The position numbers and the translations under genes are program-made. From NCBI GenBank assembly GCA_034669905.1, contig JAXMOL010000004.1, forward strand, positions 1-64,000: a DNA stretch of 64,000 nt. The letters are read 5' to 3'. Shown one piece after another: positions 50,252 to 63,317 of the stretch; position 1 is the stretch's first letter, and each line of letters begins with the position of its first letter. The notes below the pieces were generated by a model. That model was not told the origin of the DNA. It did no database searches and saw nothing but the letters and a program-made list of their open reading frames with translations. The stretch is from Candidatus Hydrogenedentota bacterium. Its GTDB lineage: Bacteria; Hydrogenedentota; Hydrogenedentia; Hydrogenedentales; JAEUWI01.

Positions 50252-51682
50252 CTAGACGCGCACGTCGGAGGCGACGCCCAGTCGGTCCTGGTTGCGGGCC
50301 AGAATGGGATCCACTTCATCTTCGATGAATTCCACCACCTGCATGGGGGCCCGTCCAACGAATTCATCCATGTCGAGGCTATTGTGAATTTCTTCCAGGG
50401 TCATTCCGATGGCCGGATCATTGGCCAGGCGTTCCAGCAGATCATTGTCTTTGCCTTCCTGCTTCACGACGGCACCGGCTGCGTGGCTGTGGGTGCGGAT
50501 GACCTCATGTAAATCCTGGCGGTCGCCGCCCTTTTTCACACCGGCCATGATGATGTTTTCCGTGGCCATAAAGGGCAGCTCGGCCCACAGGTGCTTTTCG
50601 ATAACCTTGGGATAGACCGCGGGGTTTTCCATGACATTCAGGTAAAGATTGAGCACGCCATCGGCGGCAAGAAAGGACTCCGGCAAGCTGAGACGCCGTA
50701 TCGCGGAGTCGTCGAGGGTCCGTTCAAACCACTGGGTCGCTGTGGTAAATTCACTGTGGAGGGGCTGGACCATGAGAAAACGGGAAAGGGCACAGGCCCG
50801 TTCACAGCGCATGGGGTTACGTTTATAGGCCATGGCCGAGCTGCCTACCTGGGTCTTTTCGAAGGGTTCTTCGATTTCTTTGAGATTCTGCAACAGGCGC
50901 ATATCGGTTGCAAACTTGTGCACACTCTCGCCAATGCCGGCCAGGACCCGCAGCACCAGTGTATCCACCTTACGGGGATAGGTCTGACCGGTGACGCCGT
51001 AGGAGCTCTTAAAACCAAGCCGTTCGGCGACCAACTGGTCCAATTTCCGGACCTTGTCAGAATCGCCCTCAAAAAGGGCCATGAAGGAGGCCTGGGTGCC
51101 GGTCGTGCCTTTGACACCACGACAACGGAGGCGTGCCAGAATATCCTCCAGGTCTTCCACATCCATCGCGAGATCCTGTGCCCAGAGGCAGGCCCGCTTT
51201 CCAACCGTCACCACCTGGGCAGGCTGATAGTGGGTGAATCCGAGGGTGGGGAGGTCTTTCCATTTCAGGGCGAATTCTTTCAGGCGCTCCAACACCGCAA
51301 CGGCTTTGGTCAGGATGATCTCGAGGGACTCCCGAATCTGAATCAGATCGGTGTTGTCGCCCACGAAACAGCTCGTGGCACCCAGGTGGATGATTGGTTT
51401 GGCCTTCGGAGCGATATCGCCCAAGGCATGGATATGGGCCATGACATCGTGGCGCGTCTCCCGCTCATAGGCACGGGCCTTTTCGAAATCGATGTCTTCC
51501 AAATGGGCTTTGAGCTCTTCAATCTGTTCATCCGAGATGTCCAGACCCAGTTCCTGTTCCGCTTGTGCCAAGGCCAACCAACAACGACGCCAGGTGGAGA
51601 ATTTCTTTTGTGCGCTCCATACTTCCGCCATTTCGCGGGTTGCAAAGCGTTCCACCAGGGGAGAGGTATATACGTCGTTCAT
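50252..51682 (-). CDS. purB: Adenylosuccinate lyase
   Basis: [22 protein letters not shown] and [11 protein letters not shown] motifs. Confidence 0.97.
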   Translation of the reverse strand: MNDVYTSPLVERFATREMAEVWSAQKKFSTWRRCWLALAQAEQELGLDISDEQIEELKAHLEDIDFEKARAYERETRHDVMAHIHALGDIAPKAKPIIHLGATSCFVGDNTDLIQIRESLEIILTKAVAVLERLKEFALKWKDLPTLGFTHYQPAQVVTVGKRACLWAQDLAMDVEDLEDILARLRCRGVKGTTGTQASFMALFEGDSDKVRKLDQLVAERLGFKSSYGVTGQTYPRKVDTLVLRVLAGIGESVHKFATDMRLLQNLKEIEEPFEKTQVGSSAMAYKRNPMRCERACALSRFLMVQPLHSEFTTATQWFERTLDDSAIRRLSLPESFLAADGVLNLYLNVMENPAVYPKVIEKHLWAELPFMATENIIMAGVKKGGDRQDLHEVIRTHSHAAGAVVKQEGKDNDLLERLANDPAIGMTLEEIHNSLDMDEFVGRAPMQVVEFIEDEVDPILARNQDRLGVASDVRV

Positions 51683-51791
51683 GAGATTTCCTTTTGAAAC
51701 TATAAGACAGAAGCGGAGGGGCGAACACGGCTTGCGTTCGGCCTGCTGCTATTGTAATTGGAACGGTAGCAGACTACGAATTGGACGCCAA

Positions 51792-52442
51792 TCAGGCGGA
51801 GGGCGCAGCATCTTCTGCACGAAGATCGAAGCCAGAACCATTGTCCAGGGCGGCGACGGCCGTCACCGGATTGGTCCGTTCTGCGAAAACGCCCCCGCCG
51901 AGAATGAAGGCACACGCTTCTTCGGTGTTGGTGGCCGAGTACGCGCCGCCCTGCTCCAGGGTAATCGAGTTTTCTTCGTAGGTGGCGACGTAGAAGAACG
52001 TGCCCGGCTTCATGGGCAATTGACGCACCTCGATACCATCGTGGCGAACCGTCGCAAGCCAGGCGGAATTATCGCGCTTGTCGGCGACCGCACTGACCCG
52101 GGGCGTGTTGTAGTCATCTTTCTCGTAGTCCAATGCCAGGCTGGTCAGGGCAAGTGCGTCACGGACGGGAAGCCCCTGGGCGATTTTTTCGGCAATGGGG
52201 TCCGTCTGAGAACCATTGGTCACCACGGCGACCTGGCCATCGCAGACCACCTGCACGCAATTGTAGGCGATATAGGGATTCTTGTGGATGTCCCCTTCGT
52301 GGCCCGCTTTGGGCACAATGGAAACCTTGGTCTCGGCCGGGACCGCCGTCCGATTGGGAAATGAACGGCTGGAGACGCGGTATACGGCACCGAGTTTACC
52401 TTCGGGCGTCTGAACCACACTGACAATACGACCAATATACAT
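51792..52442 (-). CDS. purO: Archaeal-type IMP cyclohydrolase
   Basis: MYIGR, YRVSSRSFPNR, NPYIAYNC, NGSQTD, DYEKDDYNTPR and ATYE motifs. AGGAG RBS. Confidence 0.88.
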   Translation of the reverse strand: MYIGRIVSVVQTPEGKLGAVYRVSSRSFPNRTAVPAETKVSIVPKAGHEGDIHKNPYIAYNCVQVVCDGQVAVVTNGSQTDPIAEKIAQGLPVRDALALTSLALDYEKDDYNTPRVSAVADKRDNSAWLATVRHDGIEVRQLPMKPGTFFYVATYEENSITLEQGGAYSATNTEEACAFILGGGVFAERTNPVTAVAALDNGSGFDLRAEDAAPSA

Positions 52443-52563
52443 GCAAAGGGCTCCTGGTTGGGGTGTTTTCGGGGAATTGGATGGGAGGTAGTATACCCAA
52501 TTCCACATTCGACACGCTACCCGAAAGCCAAAAGTCGTGGCCCCGCGCGTGGTGGCACGGGGC

Positions 52564-55400
<2,837 letters not shown>

Positions 55401-55404
<4 letters not shown>

Positions 55405-56585
55405 CGGCTACTCAATTCTGCCCAGGAAAAGGGTACTACCTTGCCGCTGCGCAATACAGTAGGCCACACCTGATGGCAGGCCTGGTGCATCTCCGGTCCC
55501 AGCGCGAGCGGCGTGCCGAGACCGATATCAAAACTCCCCAGAGATTCCAGTCCATCGATAATGGATTCACGGGTCAGGGGGCCCTCTACAGTTTCCAGGC
55601 CGCGTGTCAGAATCTGACCAACAATATAGCCTTCCAGCGACCCGAAGGTGGGTGCAGGCGGTGTATCCAGGGCTGCCAGGGCCGCGTGATAGACCTGCAC
55701 GACAGGCAGGTCGGCATCAAGATGAGGAACGACCTGGGTAACGATTACACCGTCTCCCTGGGGGCCCAAGGCCTCCGCAAGGGGGGCAGAACCCACGAAT
55801 GAGACATTCAGGAATACCGCATCAAGCCCGATGTCCCGGGCAAGTCTTATGAAGGCCGCACAGGGTTCATACGCACCCACCATGATGACGGCCCGGACAG
55901 GAACTGCCGCAGCGAGAATATCGGCCAACCCGTTTTCTACGGCATCCGTGTTGCGCTCGTAACGCCCATGTGCGACCCGGATGTCATCCACCAGCCCATG
56001 ACGCTTCAGGGCCTCCAGGCCCCCTACATAGCCTGCGTCCCCATAGGAATCCCGCTGGGTGAAAAAGCCGATTTCGGAAACATCGATACCCCCTTCGGTA
56101 ATCAGTCCATCGACCATAGCGGCGGTCTCTTCCGCATAACTCGCCCGATAGTTAATGACGTAGCGGTCTGGGGGGGTGCGACGCAATACGCCTGCTCCCG
56201 TGTAGGCGCCGAACAACAAGGTTTTCTCACGATTTGCGATTGGCACCGACGCCACGGCAGTGGGTGTACCCACATTGCCGACCACTGCGAGCACCTTGTG
56301 TTCTTGTATGAGGGTCTGCATATGGGGGGCGGTGCGGCTCGGCTCGTACCCATCATCCAGCGCAATGAGTCGAAGTGTTCTGCCGTCTATTCCGCCCTTA
56401 CGGTTTGCTTCTGCCAAGGCGGCACGGACGCCGTCCAGCATGTTGAGCCCCAGTTTGGCGGCAGGGCCGGTGAGGGCGGTGGACATCCCAAGGGGAATTT
56501 CATTCTCAACCTGTGCCTGGACAGACCACCCAAGTAACACCGTAGCTGAAAGCAAGCAACGTAGCATGGACCCTTTTGCACGCAT
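55401..56585 (-). CDS. Class I periplasmic binding protein (LivJ/K-like)
   Basis: Signal peptide, ALTGPAA, DDGYEP, GNVGTPT and NYRASY motifs. ATGA overlap with the kinase. Confidence 0.88.
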
Positions 56586-56821
56586 AGAATTCCTCGTCGG
56601 GAAGGCGCACTGGGGCTTTCGTGCCCTGGCAAAAGACTGAAATGCCCGAAGTTACCTGTCCACTTCGTAATTAGCGACAATGCCGTACGAGTTTTTGACC
56701 GCTTTCAATATAACATGAATTACGCCAATATCGAAGACAATTAGAGCATGATAGTGGAAAAAGAGTGAAACCTGTGTTCCAAACAGAGACCGCGCGTCAA
56801 AGCTGGCCCCGGAGAGATACG

Positions 56822-56861
56822 AAAAAACCGACTGTCCAATTGCTTGGCTGGACAGCCGGTT
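56822..56861 (-). terminator. Intrinsic terminator downstream of the spondin gene
   Basis: Minus strand reads AACCGGCTGTCCAG-CCAAGCAA-TTGGACAGTCGGTTTTTT. Confidence 0.75.
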
Positions 56862-56914
56862 ATTGACGGGAAAGGTTCCAAACCTATTCCGTCTGGAATA
56901 GGATCGATAAGCCG

Positions 56915-57682
56915 TTACAGGGCTGTAATGGTAATGAACGTCACCGGGCCGGACCAATCAAACGCCGCGGGGATATCACCTGCGCCGGTGATGCCAGTGT
57001 GGGCACTGATGGTGCCAACCGGATTGGTGCCCACGCGCTCATTGTCGCCGGGAACGTCATCGTCGGGCTCGTCTCCGGGAATAACCGCGGGCCCAAGAAT
57101 GGAGGCGCCATCATCAATGTTTTCGTCGAGCTCGTCGTTTTCTTCCGTTCCTGCGTCAAAACCCAGTCCAAAATAGAGCAGGGTGCCGCCCGGTGAGGGC
57201 AGGTTAACGCTGTCGACACCCCAGAAGCCGTCGTTGGTGCCGATTAACATGCTGGCCATCGATATGACGTCGCCGGGAACACCGTCGATAGTCACGATCT
57301 GCGTGTCCACGAGGTCGGCGCCGCCATCATCAAAAGGCCCGAAGCGGGGGACCGTCCGCCCCATGGACGGGAAAGGAATGCCCGAATTGACCACATCCGA
57401 TACATTGGCGGCCGCGTTCATTTCAGCCACCAATGTCGCGGGTGAGCCCAGTTCGGCCACTTCCTGAATTCCGGCACTGGCCGCCTCTCCATTGGTCCAG
57501 AAGCTGGTGGAGGCGGCGTGGGTGGCAAGGGCAACGGGCCCAAGGGGCTGGTTGCTGATATTACGGATCGTAATGACGTAACGGGTACTTCCGGGTGCGG
57601 GACAGCCCACGAGTGTGGCGGCGATACCAAGCGCCACGCAACCGGCAAGGGCACTTCGAAACACATTCTGTACGGGGAGCAT
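56915..57682 (-). CDS. Spondin_N-domain lipoprotein
   Basis: Lipobox LVG-C, plus ASAGIQEVAELG, SMLIGTNDGF and DAGTEENDE motifs. Confidence 0.8.
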   Translation of the reverse strand: MLPVQNVFRSALAGCVALGIAATLVGCPAPGSTRYVITIRNISNQPLGPVALATHAASTSFWTNGEAASAGIQEVAELGSPATLVAEMNAAANVSDVVNSGIPFPSMGRTVPRFGPFDDGGADLVDTQIVTIDGVPGDVISMASMLIGTNDGFWGVDSVNLPSPGGTLLYFGLGFDAGTEENDELDENIDDGASILGPAVIPGDEPDDDVPGDNERVGTNPVGTISAHTGITGAGDIPAAFDWSGPVTFITITAL

Positions 57683-57765
57683 CGTAGTTGATTCCTTCTA
57701 GGTAAGAACAAGGGTTAACTAGTGCATCATACTACGAAATACTTGGGTAATCTGTAAAGGATTAA

Positions 57766-58752
57766 TTACTTCTTTGGTGCCACCGTGTTTACCGGGCTCG
57801 GTGGCGTGGCCCCCTGGAGTACCGCAATAATGTTATCTGCCGCCAGATTGGCCATGGCCGCCCGGGTCTCCAGGGTGGAACTGCCGATATGGGGTAGCAA
57901 CACGATATTCTCCTGCGCGAGTAGGCCCGGATGAACCGTTGGTTCGTCTTCGAAGACATCCAGCCCGGCGGCGAAGATGGTCTTTTCCGTTAATGCGCGC
58001 GCAAGGGCATCTTCATCGACGACCGGTCCACGGGTTGTGTTGACGAATACGGCAGAGGATTTCATCGCGCGGAAGGTATCGCCGTTAAAGAGGTGGTGCG
58101 TTTCGTCAGTCAGGGGGCAATGGGGCGACACGATATCTGACTCAGCGAGGAGGGTGGGGAAATCCACATAGGTCAGGCCCAGGGTCTTTTCTTCCGCAGA
58201 TGAAAGTCGGGTGCGCGAGTGGTAGAGGACCTTCATATTGAAGGCAGCGGCGCGTCGGGCCACCGCTTTTCCGATTCGGCCGAGTCCATAAATGCCGAGC
58301 GTCTTCCCGAATACATCGACGCCGAGCATGAAGGTGGGGGACCAACTGGACCACGCGCCGGAGCGGAGGAAGTGCTCGGATTCCGTGAGTCGGCGGCAAG
58401 TGGCGAGAATCAAGGCGAAGGTAAGGTCGGCCGTGGTTTCCGTTAGTACATCGGGCGTATTGGATACGACAATGTGACGTTCAGTAGCGGCGTCCACGTC
58501 GATGTTGTTATACCCCACCGCCATGTTGGCGACGACACGCAATCCTTCACCCGCCATATCGAAGACTTCGCCATTCATGGATTCCGTTAACATGGACAGG
58601 ATGGCATCGGCCCCGGGGACACGGGCGATCAATTCATCACGCTGGATCGGTCGATCTTCGGGAAAGACGTCGACGCTGTCTTTTCCGAAAGCAGCCTCGA
58701 GCCGCTCAATGGCACTTTCGGGAGGACGACGGGTAATGAAAATCTTGGGCAT
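57766..58752 (-). CDS. D-2-hydroxyacid dehydrogenase (glyoxylate/2-ketogluconate reductase family)
   Basis: AVGYNNID, GLGRIG, NTTRG, GLDVFEDEP and PHIGS motifs. Confidence 0.92.
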   Translation of the reverse strand: MPKIFITRRPPESAIERLEAAFGKDSVDVFPEDRPIQRDELIARVPGADAILSMLTESMNGEVFDMAGEGLRVVANMAVGYNNIDVDAATERHIVVSNTPDVLTETTADLTFALILATCRRLTESEHFLRSGAWSSWSPTFMLGVDVFGKTLGIYGLGRIGKAVARRAAAFNMKVLYHSRTRLSSAEEKTLGLTYVDFPTLLAESDIVSPHCPLTDETHHLFNGDTFRAMKSSAVFVNTTRGPVVDEDALARALTEKTIFAAGLDVFEDEPTVHPGLLAQENIVLLPHIGSSTLETRAAMANLAADNIIAVLQGATPPSPVNTVAPKK

Positions 58753-58846
58753 GGAATTCTCCTACTGTCAGGCACGTGTGAGGAATCGTAGAGCGCACAG
58801 GGTGACACAACGAATCGGCGTGGCTCAAGCTATGGCATGGAAAGAC

Positions 58847-59419
58847 TCACGAAGGGTCTTCTTCGAGTTCCAGGAAGGCCTCTACACGGGACACGGCGAG
58901 CGCGGCATCGGATTCCGAGGAAAAGGCGCGTTTGGGAATGATGAAGGCATTGATCCCGCCCATGAAGAGATAGATGGCCTCCGGGGTTTCCGCGATGTCA
59001 GCGACATTTTCCCAATCCAGACGCCCGATCCCCCGGTGGGTTTCGACCGTCATTCCATCGGTCTCCAGCTGTATATCGGTTTCGGTGAACATTCCCTTCT
59101 GCGGCGACATTCTCAAGGCCGCCTGGGCGATGCTGGGCCAGAGGCGGGTAATGCCATACCAATAGCCACCGCCAAGCAGAACCCCGGATATAACCATGTA
59201 GGCCGCGAAGTAGCCCGGGTGAGCGATCCCGAATTTCGGATGATCATACTCCCGCCATACGAAGAGCAGGAAGGCCGCCACACCGATAGCGTAGAGCCGT
59301 CGCATATGCCGACGGCCCGTCATCGTATGGGCGTAAAAATAACGCAGGTATTGCTCGTAATCCGTCCCCGTCAGGGTGAATCGGGCCGTAATTTCGCGCG
59401 CAGGGTCATCTGGAGCCAT
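58847..59419 (-). CDS. YcxB-family membrane protein
   Basis: Two TMs followed by LDWENV...AIYLF...FIIPKRAF. Alternative start at 59476. Confidence 0.8.
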   Translation of the reverse strand: MAPDDPAREITARFTLTGTDYEQYLRYFYAHTMTGRRHMRRLYAIGVAAFLLFVWREYDHPKFGIAHPGYFAAYMVISGVLLGGGYWYGITRLWPSIAQAALRMSPQKGMFTETDIQLETDGMTVETHRGIGRLDWENVADIAETPEAIYLFMGGINAFIIPKRAFSSESDAALAVSRVEAFLELEEDPS

Positions 59420-59491
59420 ATCAGTACCTCTATGAACAACGCCCCAGAGGGCTCTCCGGGGCGTTGTTGTTCGCATGAAACTATCGTAACA

Positions 59492-60949
59492 CTATACGTT
59501 ATAGGTCGTCGAAGCCGTATCGCCACCACGTCCCGTCCAATTGGTGTGGAAGAACTCGCCACGGGGCTTGTCCAGGCGCTCATAGGTGTGGGCACCGAAG
59601 TAGTCCCGCTGTCCCTGGAGCAGGTTCGCCGGGAGAACCTCTGCCCGGTAGCTGTCGTAGTAGGAAATGGCGGAGGAAAGACAGGGCATGGGAATGCCGG
59701 CCTTTACCGCTTCGGAGACAACCCACCGAAGTGCCGGCTGGGCTTTGTCCACCGCGTCCTTGAAGTACGGCACCAACAGCAGGTTTACGCAGTTGGGATC
59801 GTTATCAAAGGCCTTCTTGATTTCATCCAGGAACTGGGCCCGGATGATGCAGCCGCCACGCCACATGAGGGCGATATCACCGTAATTGAGGTCCCAGCCG
59901 TTTTCTTTGGCAGCGTACTGGATGAGCTGATAGCCCTGCGCATAGGAGCAGATTTTGGCCATGTAAAGGGCCAGGCGAAGATTCTCCAGGGCCTCGGCCT
60001 TGTCGACGGAGAGTGTCGTGCCTTCGGGACCGGTAAGAATCTTGGAGGCCGCTACGCGCTCGTCTTTCACCGCGGAAAGGCAGCGGGCGAACACGGCTTC
60101 CGCAACGGTGGGTACCGGCGCACCGAGGTCGAGACCGCTGGTGGAGGTCCACTTCCCCGTACCCTTCTGGCCGGCCGTATCCAGGATGACGTCCACCATG
60201 GGCTTTCCGGTCTCATCATCGGTCTTGGCCAGAATCTCCGCCGTGATCTCGATGAGATAGCTGTCCAGTTCGGTCTTGTTCCATTCGGCAAAAACTTCCG
60301 CCTGCTCAGAAGCCGACATGCCCAGGAGGTTTTTCATGACGGAATAGACTTCGCAGATCATCTGCATGTCGCCATACTCGATGCCATTGTGCACCATTTT
60401 CACATAGTGGCCGGCACCGTCGGCGCCGATATACTCGCAGCAGGGGGAGCCGTCAGCCACTTTGGCGGAAATGGATTGGAAGATGTCCTTTACGTGCGTC
60501 CAGGCTTCTTTGGAGCCACCGGGCATGATGGAGGGCCCCATGAGCGCGCCTTCTTCGCCACCGGAGACGCCGGTACCGATAAAGAGTAAGCCCTTTTCTT
60601 CGAGGTACTTTGCACGGCGAATGGTGTCGGGGAAGTAGGTGTTACCCCCGTCAATGATAATATCCCCCTTCTCAAGGTGGGGGATAAGCTGTTCGATAAA
60701 GGCGTCGACCGCATCACCGGCCTTGACCAGCATCATGACGCGGCGCGGCCGTTCCAGGCTGGCGCAGAGCTCTTCGATGCTGTGGCATCCCTTGATGTTC
60801 TTGCCCTTGGCACGCCCCTCTACAAAGGCATCTACTTTGGCTACGGTGCGATTGTACACCGCCACGCCATAACCGTTGCGCTCCATATTGAGCACCAGGT
60901 TTTCGCCCATAACTGCCAGGCCGATCAGGCCGATATTCATTGTATCCAT
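59492..60949 (-). CDS. gnd: NADP-dependent 6-phosphogluconate dehydrogenase, decarboxylating
   Basis: [24 protein letters not shown] and QRDYFGAH motifs. Confidence 0.97.
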   Translation of the reverse strand: MDTMNIGLIGLAVMGENLVLNMERNGYGVAVYNRTVAKVDAFVEGRAKGKNIKGCHSIEELCASLERPRRVMMLVKAGDAVDAFIEQLIPHLEKGDIIIDGGNTYFPDTIRRAKYLEEKGLLFIGTGVSGGEEGALMGPSIMPGGSKEAWTHVKDIFQSISAKVADGSPCCEYIGADGAGHYVKMVHNGIEYGDMQMICEVYSVMKNLLGMSASEQAEVFAEWNKTELDSYLIEITAEILAKTDDETGKPMVDVILDTAGQKGTGKWTSTSGLDLGAPVPTVAEAVFARCLSAVKDERVAASKILTGPEGTTLSVDKAEALENLRLALYMAKICSYAQGYQLIQYAAKENGWDLNYGDIALMWRGGCIIRAQFLDEIKKAFDNDPNCVNLLLVPYFKDAVDKAQPALRWVVSEAVKAGIPMPCLSSAISYYDSYRAEVLPANLLQGQRDYFGAHTYERLDKPRGEFFHTNWTGRGGDTASTTYNV

Positions 60950-61064
60950 TGGTATCCGATCTCCGGGTTTTCGTCTGGTTGGTGGTTTCCTGTGGGCGCA
61001 CATACAACCGGTGTCGCGGCGCACCACATGCCGTATTGTTGTTCAACCCCGACGTATTGCGTGA

Positions 61065-61283
61065 TTAGCTTGGCTGAAAGCCTGCGGCGCGCTGCCGTTC
61101 TGCGGGGCGCCGAAAGTGGTGGACGATACAGGTCGTCTTGCTTTCCAACTCCAGCGGTGTGACATGCGAGAGCTCCCAACCCTCCTGTCCCATCGCGTTC
61201 AACTGTTCGTCCATCGTGTCATCATGAACGTGACCGTTGAACACGTTGATGGGCAATGTCTTATATTCCCAACCTTGAGGCAT
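61065..61283 (-). CDS. DUF4177-like small protein
   Basis: WEYKTL...LNAMGQEGWEL...FRR. GGAGA RBS. Confidence 0.8.
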   Translation of the reverse strand: MPQGWEYKTLPINVFNGHVHDDTMDEQLNAMGQEGWELSHVTPLELESKTTCIVHHFRRPAERQRAAGFQPS

Positions 61284-61298
61284 GTGTTTTCTCCCAAT

Positions 61299-62591
61299 CT
61301 ATCCCTGTTCGCGTGCGGCCTGCAACTCATAGGCAGGTAGTTTCTTGTCGGCGAACTTCTTCACAAAACGCGTAAAGCGTTGACGTCCGCCGATGACGGG
61401 TACACTGGGCCAATCCTCGCCGATGAGGGGCGTAGCATAGTCCAGAAATTCATCGGTCACATCGATTTTATTGTCGGCGATCCACTCCGCCGGGAAGGTG
61501 CGCTCTGAGTTGGCGACCTTCTCCAGGGGAACCTTATCATATTCCACATTGTAGATCAGACCCGGTGCGCGGAGGATGGTCGACATCCAGCCGTTCTCCC
61601 CACTGGCTGCGATCTCCGCCGCTTTCTGACCGACACGGTAGGCTTCGTCCAGGTCGACGATGGATGCATACGCGCAGGTATCGCGCTGATCACACCCGGG
61701 AACCTGGCCCCGTGCCGCGCCACGGGCGGCGAGACCTTTGTCATTCAGCAGGTTAACAACCTTCTGGGCTACGGTCAATTTGGAGGCACCAAACTGGGCG
61801 TGTCCGAAGGAGTCTTTTACTTCGCCGAGATCGCCCACATCAAAGCCTTCACTGACGACCACGACACATCGGCCATCGGTCTTCAGTTGGTCATTGATAT
61901 TGTCGCACATTTCTTCGGGGCTCACATCCGATTCGCGCATATAAATCTGGAGGGGCATCTCCCGCTTCGGGTCGGCCAATCGGGCGGCTGCCGGGATATA
62001 GCCAATCTTGCGGCCCATAGCCTGCAACACCAGGACCGGGTCAGCAGGGCAGGAGCCGGCATTTTCTTCGTTCGCATTCTGAACGATGCCCATCCAATAG
62101 CGGGCCACACTGCCGTAACCGGGCGTGTGATCAATGAGCTTGAACTCCGAATCGCCCACATCGTTGTCGATGGTTTTCGGGACGCCCACCGCAATGAGGT
62201 CCAGCCCTTTTTCCTTGGCGAGGAGAGCGACCTTGTTGGCCGTATCCATGGAATCGTTGCCGCCATTGTAGAAGAAGTACCCGATGTCGTGGGCCTTCAT
62301 CACCTCAATAAGCCGATCGAAATCTTCGTTTTGATGATCTTTGAGCTTGTATCGGCAGGTTCCGATCGCGCCCGCCGCGGGCGTGTAGCGGAGCAGGGCT
62401 ACTTCATCTTCACTCTGCGCCGAAAGATTGAGCAACTCTTCTTTGAGCACCCCTTCAATTCCGTGCCAGCCGCCGTATATCGTCCCAAAGGTATCGGGGA
62501 AGGCCTTACAACCGTCGATGACACCGCGTAGCGAGCTGTTGATTACCGGACTGGGACCGCCGGACTGCGCCACGATTACGTTTTTTCCCAT
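61299..62591 (-). CDS. pfp: Phosphofructokinase, PPi-dependent type
   Basis: QSGGP, GGNDS, PKTIDND, MGR and VSEG motifs. Confidence 0.85.
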   Translation of the reverse strand: MGKNVIVAQSGGPSPVINSSLRGVIDGCKAFPDTFGTIYGGWHGIEGVLKEELLNLSAQSEDEVALLRYTPAAGAIGTCRYKLKDHQNEDFDRLIEVMKAHDIGYFFYNGGNDSMDTANKVALLAKEKGLDLIAVGVPKTIDNDVGDSEFKLIDHTPGYGSVARYWMGIVQNANEENAGSCPADPVLVLQAMGRKIGYIPAAARLADPKREMPLQIYMRESDVSPEEMCDNINDQLKTDGRCVVVVSEGFDVGDLGEVKDSFGHAQFGASKLTVAQKVVNLLNDKGLAARGAARGQVPGCDQRDTCAYASIVDLDEAYRVGQKAAEIAASGENGWMSTILRAPGLIYNVEYDKVPLEKVANSERTFPAEWIADNKIDVTDEFLDYATPLIGEDWPSVPVIGGRQRFTRFVKKFADKKLPAYELQAAREQG

Positions 62592-62669
62592 GGTCAACTT
62601 CCTTTCCGCTATTTGGCAGACCAGGTGTCTGCCGGAGGCGAAGTGGCCGACACCGCTTCGTCTTCGTTA

Positions 62670-63317
62670 CTACTCTGACTTCACATCTTCCTGCGGTGGG
62701 CCCGTTTCCGAATGGGCGCCCCCGTCGGAAAACCAACGCATCAAAAAGCCTCGGTTCTTATCCAACATACAGGCCTTAACATAGTGGGCTGGCGGATAAT
62801 CTGGAAACTCGGCCAGCACGTGATTGATGGCTTGAACTCCGGCCAGTTTGCCATCACGCAAATATACCGCCACCGCCTCATAAAGACGTAATTCGGGCAC
62901 CAAATCGGCAGAAGACGCCCGCTTGGCTATGCCCGTAAGGGTGCGATCATAGGCCAGATTGGCGGCTTCCCGGTTCCCCAACTGGTCCCATAGTATACCT
63001 TCCAGCAGGTGGGCCTGTACATAGGCGGGCGATCGGGCGCCGAGTTTGGAACAAATCTCCAGCGCCTCTTCAACCCGTCCCGTGCGTCCGAGCAGGGTGG
63101 CGTAGACCCAGGCCGCCTCATCATAGTCGGGGTCCGTATTGCAGGCCGCACCGGCCAGCGACGTAGCCTCTTCGACCTTCCCCGAGGCCAGCTCTAATGC
63201 CGCCCGCTCGAGGAGTCGCAGGGCTTCCTGTTTCGGCACATAGGCGGCGGGCTCGGCGTCTGGATAACAGGCGCCCAGCAGGGGCAGCAGGGCGAAAAGG
63301 ACCCACGGACGCGCCAT
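62670..63317 (-). CDS. TPR-containing lipoprotein
   Basis: Lipobox LGA-C followed by TPR-like helices. TGATG overlap with the upstream gene. Confidence 0.7.
   Translation of the reverse strand: MARPWVLFALLPLLGACYPDAEPAAYVPKQEALRLLERAALELASGKVEEATSLAGAACNTDPDYDEAAWVYATLLGRTGRVEEALEICSKLGARSPAYVQAHLLEGILWDQLGNREAANLAYDRTLTGIAKRASSADLVPELRLYEAVAVYLRDGKLAGVQAINHVLAEFPDYPPAHYVKACMLDKNRGFLMRWFSDGGAHSETGPPQEDVKSE

Noticed and set aside
52443..52563. Possible ZTP or purine riboswitch upstream of purO
   Set aside because: Only a simple GGAATTGG/CCAATTCC hairpin is present, and the conserved ZTP core sequences are absent.
58502..60589. 695-aa plus-strand ORF spanning three genes
   Set aside because: It is an antisense shadow of the reductase, ycxB and gnd genes and has no recognisable domains.
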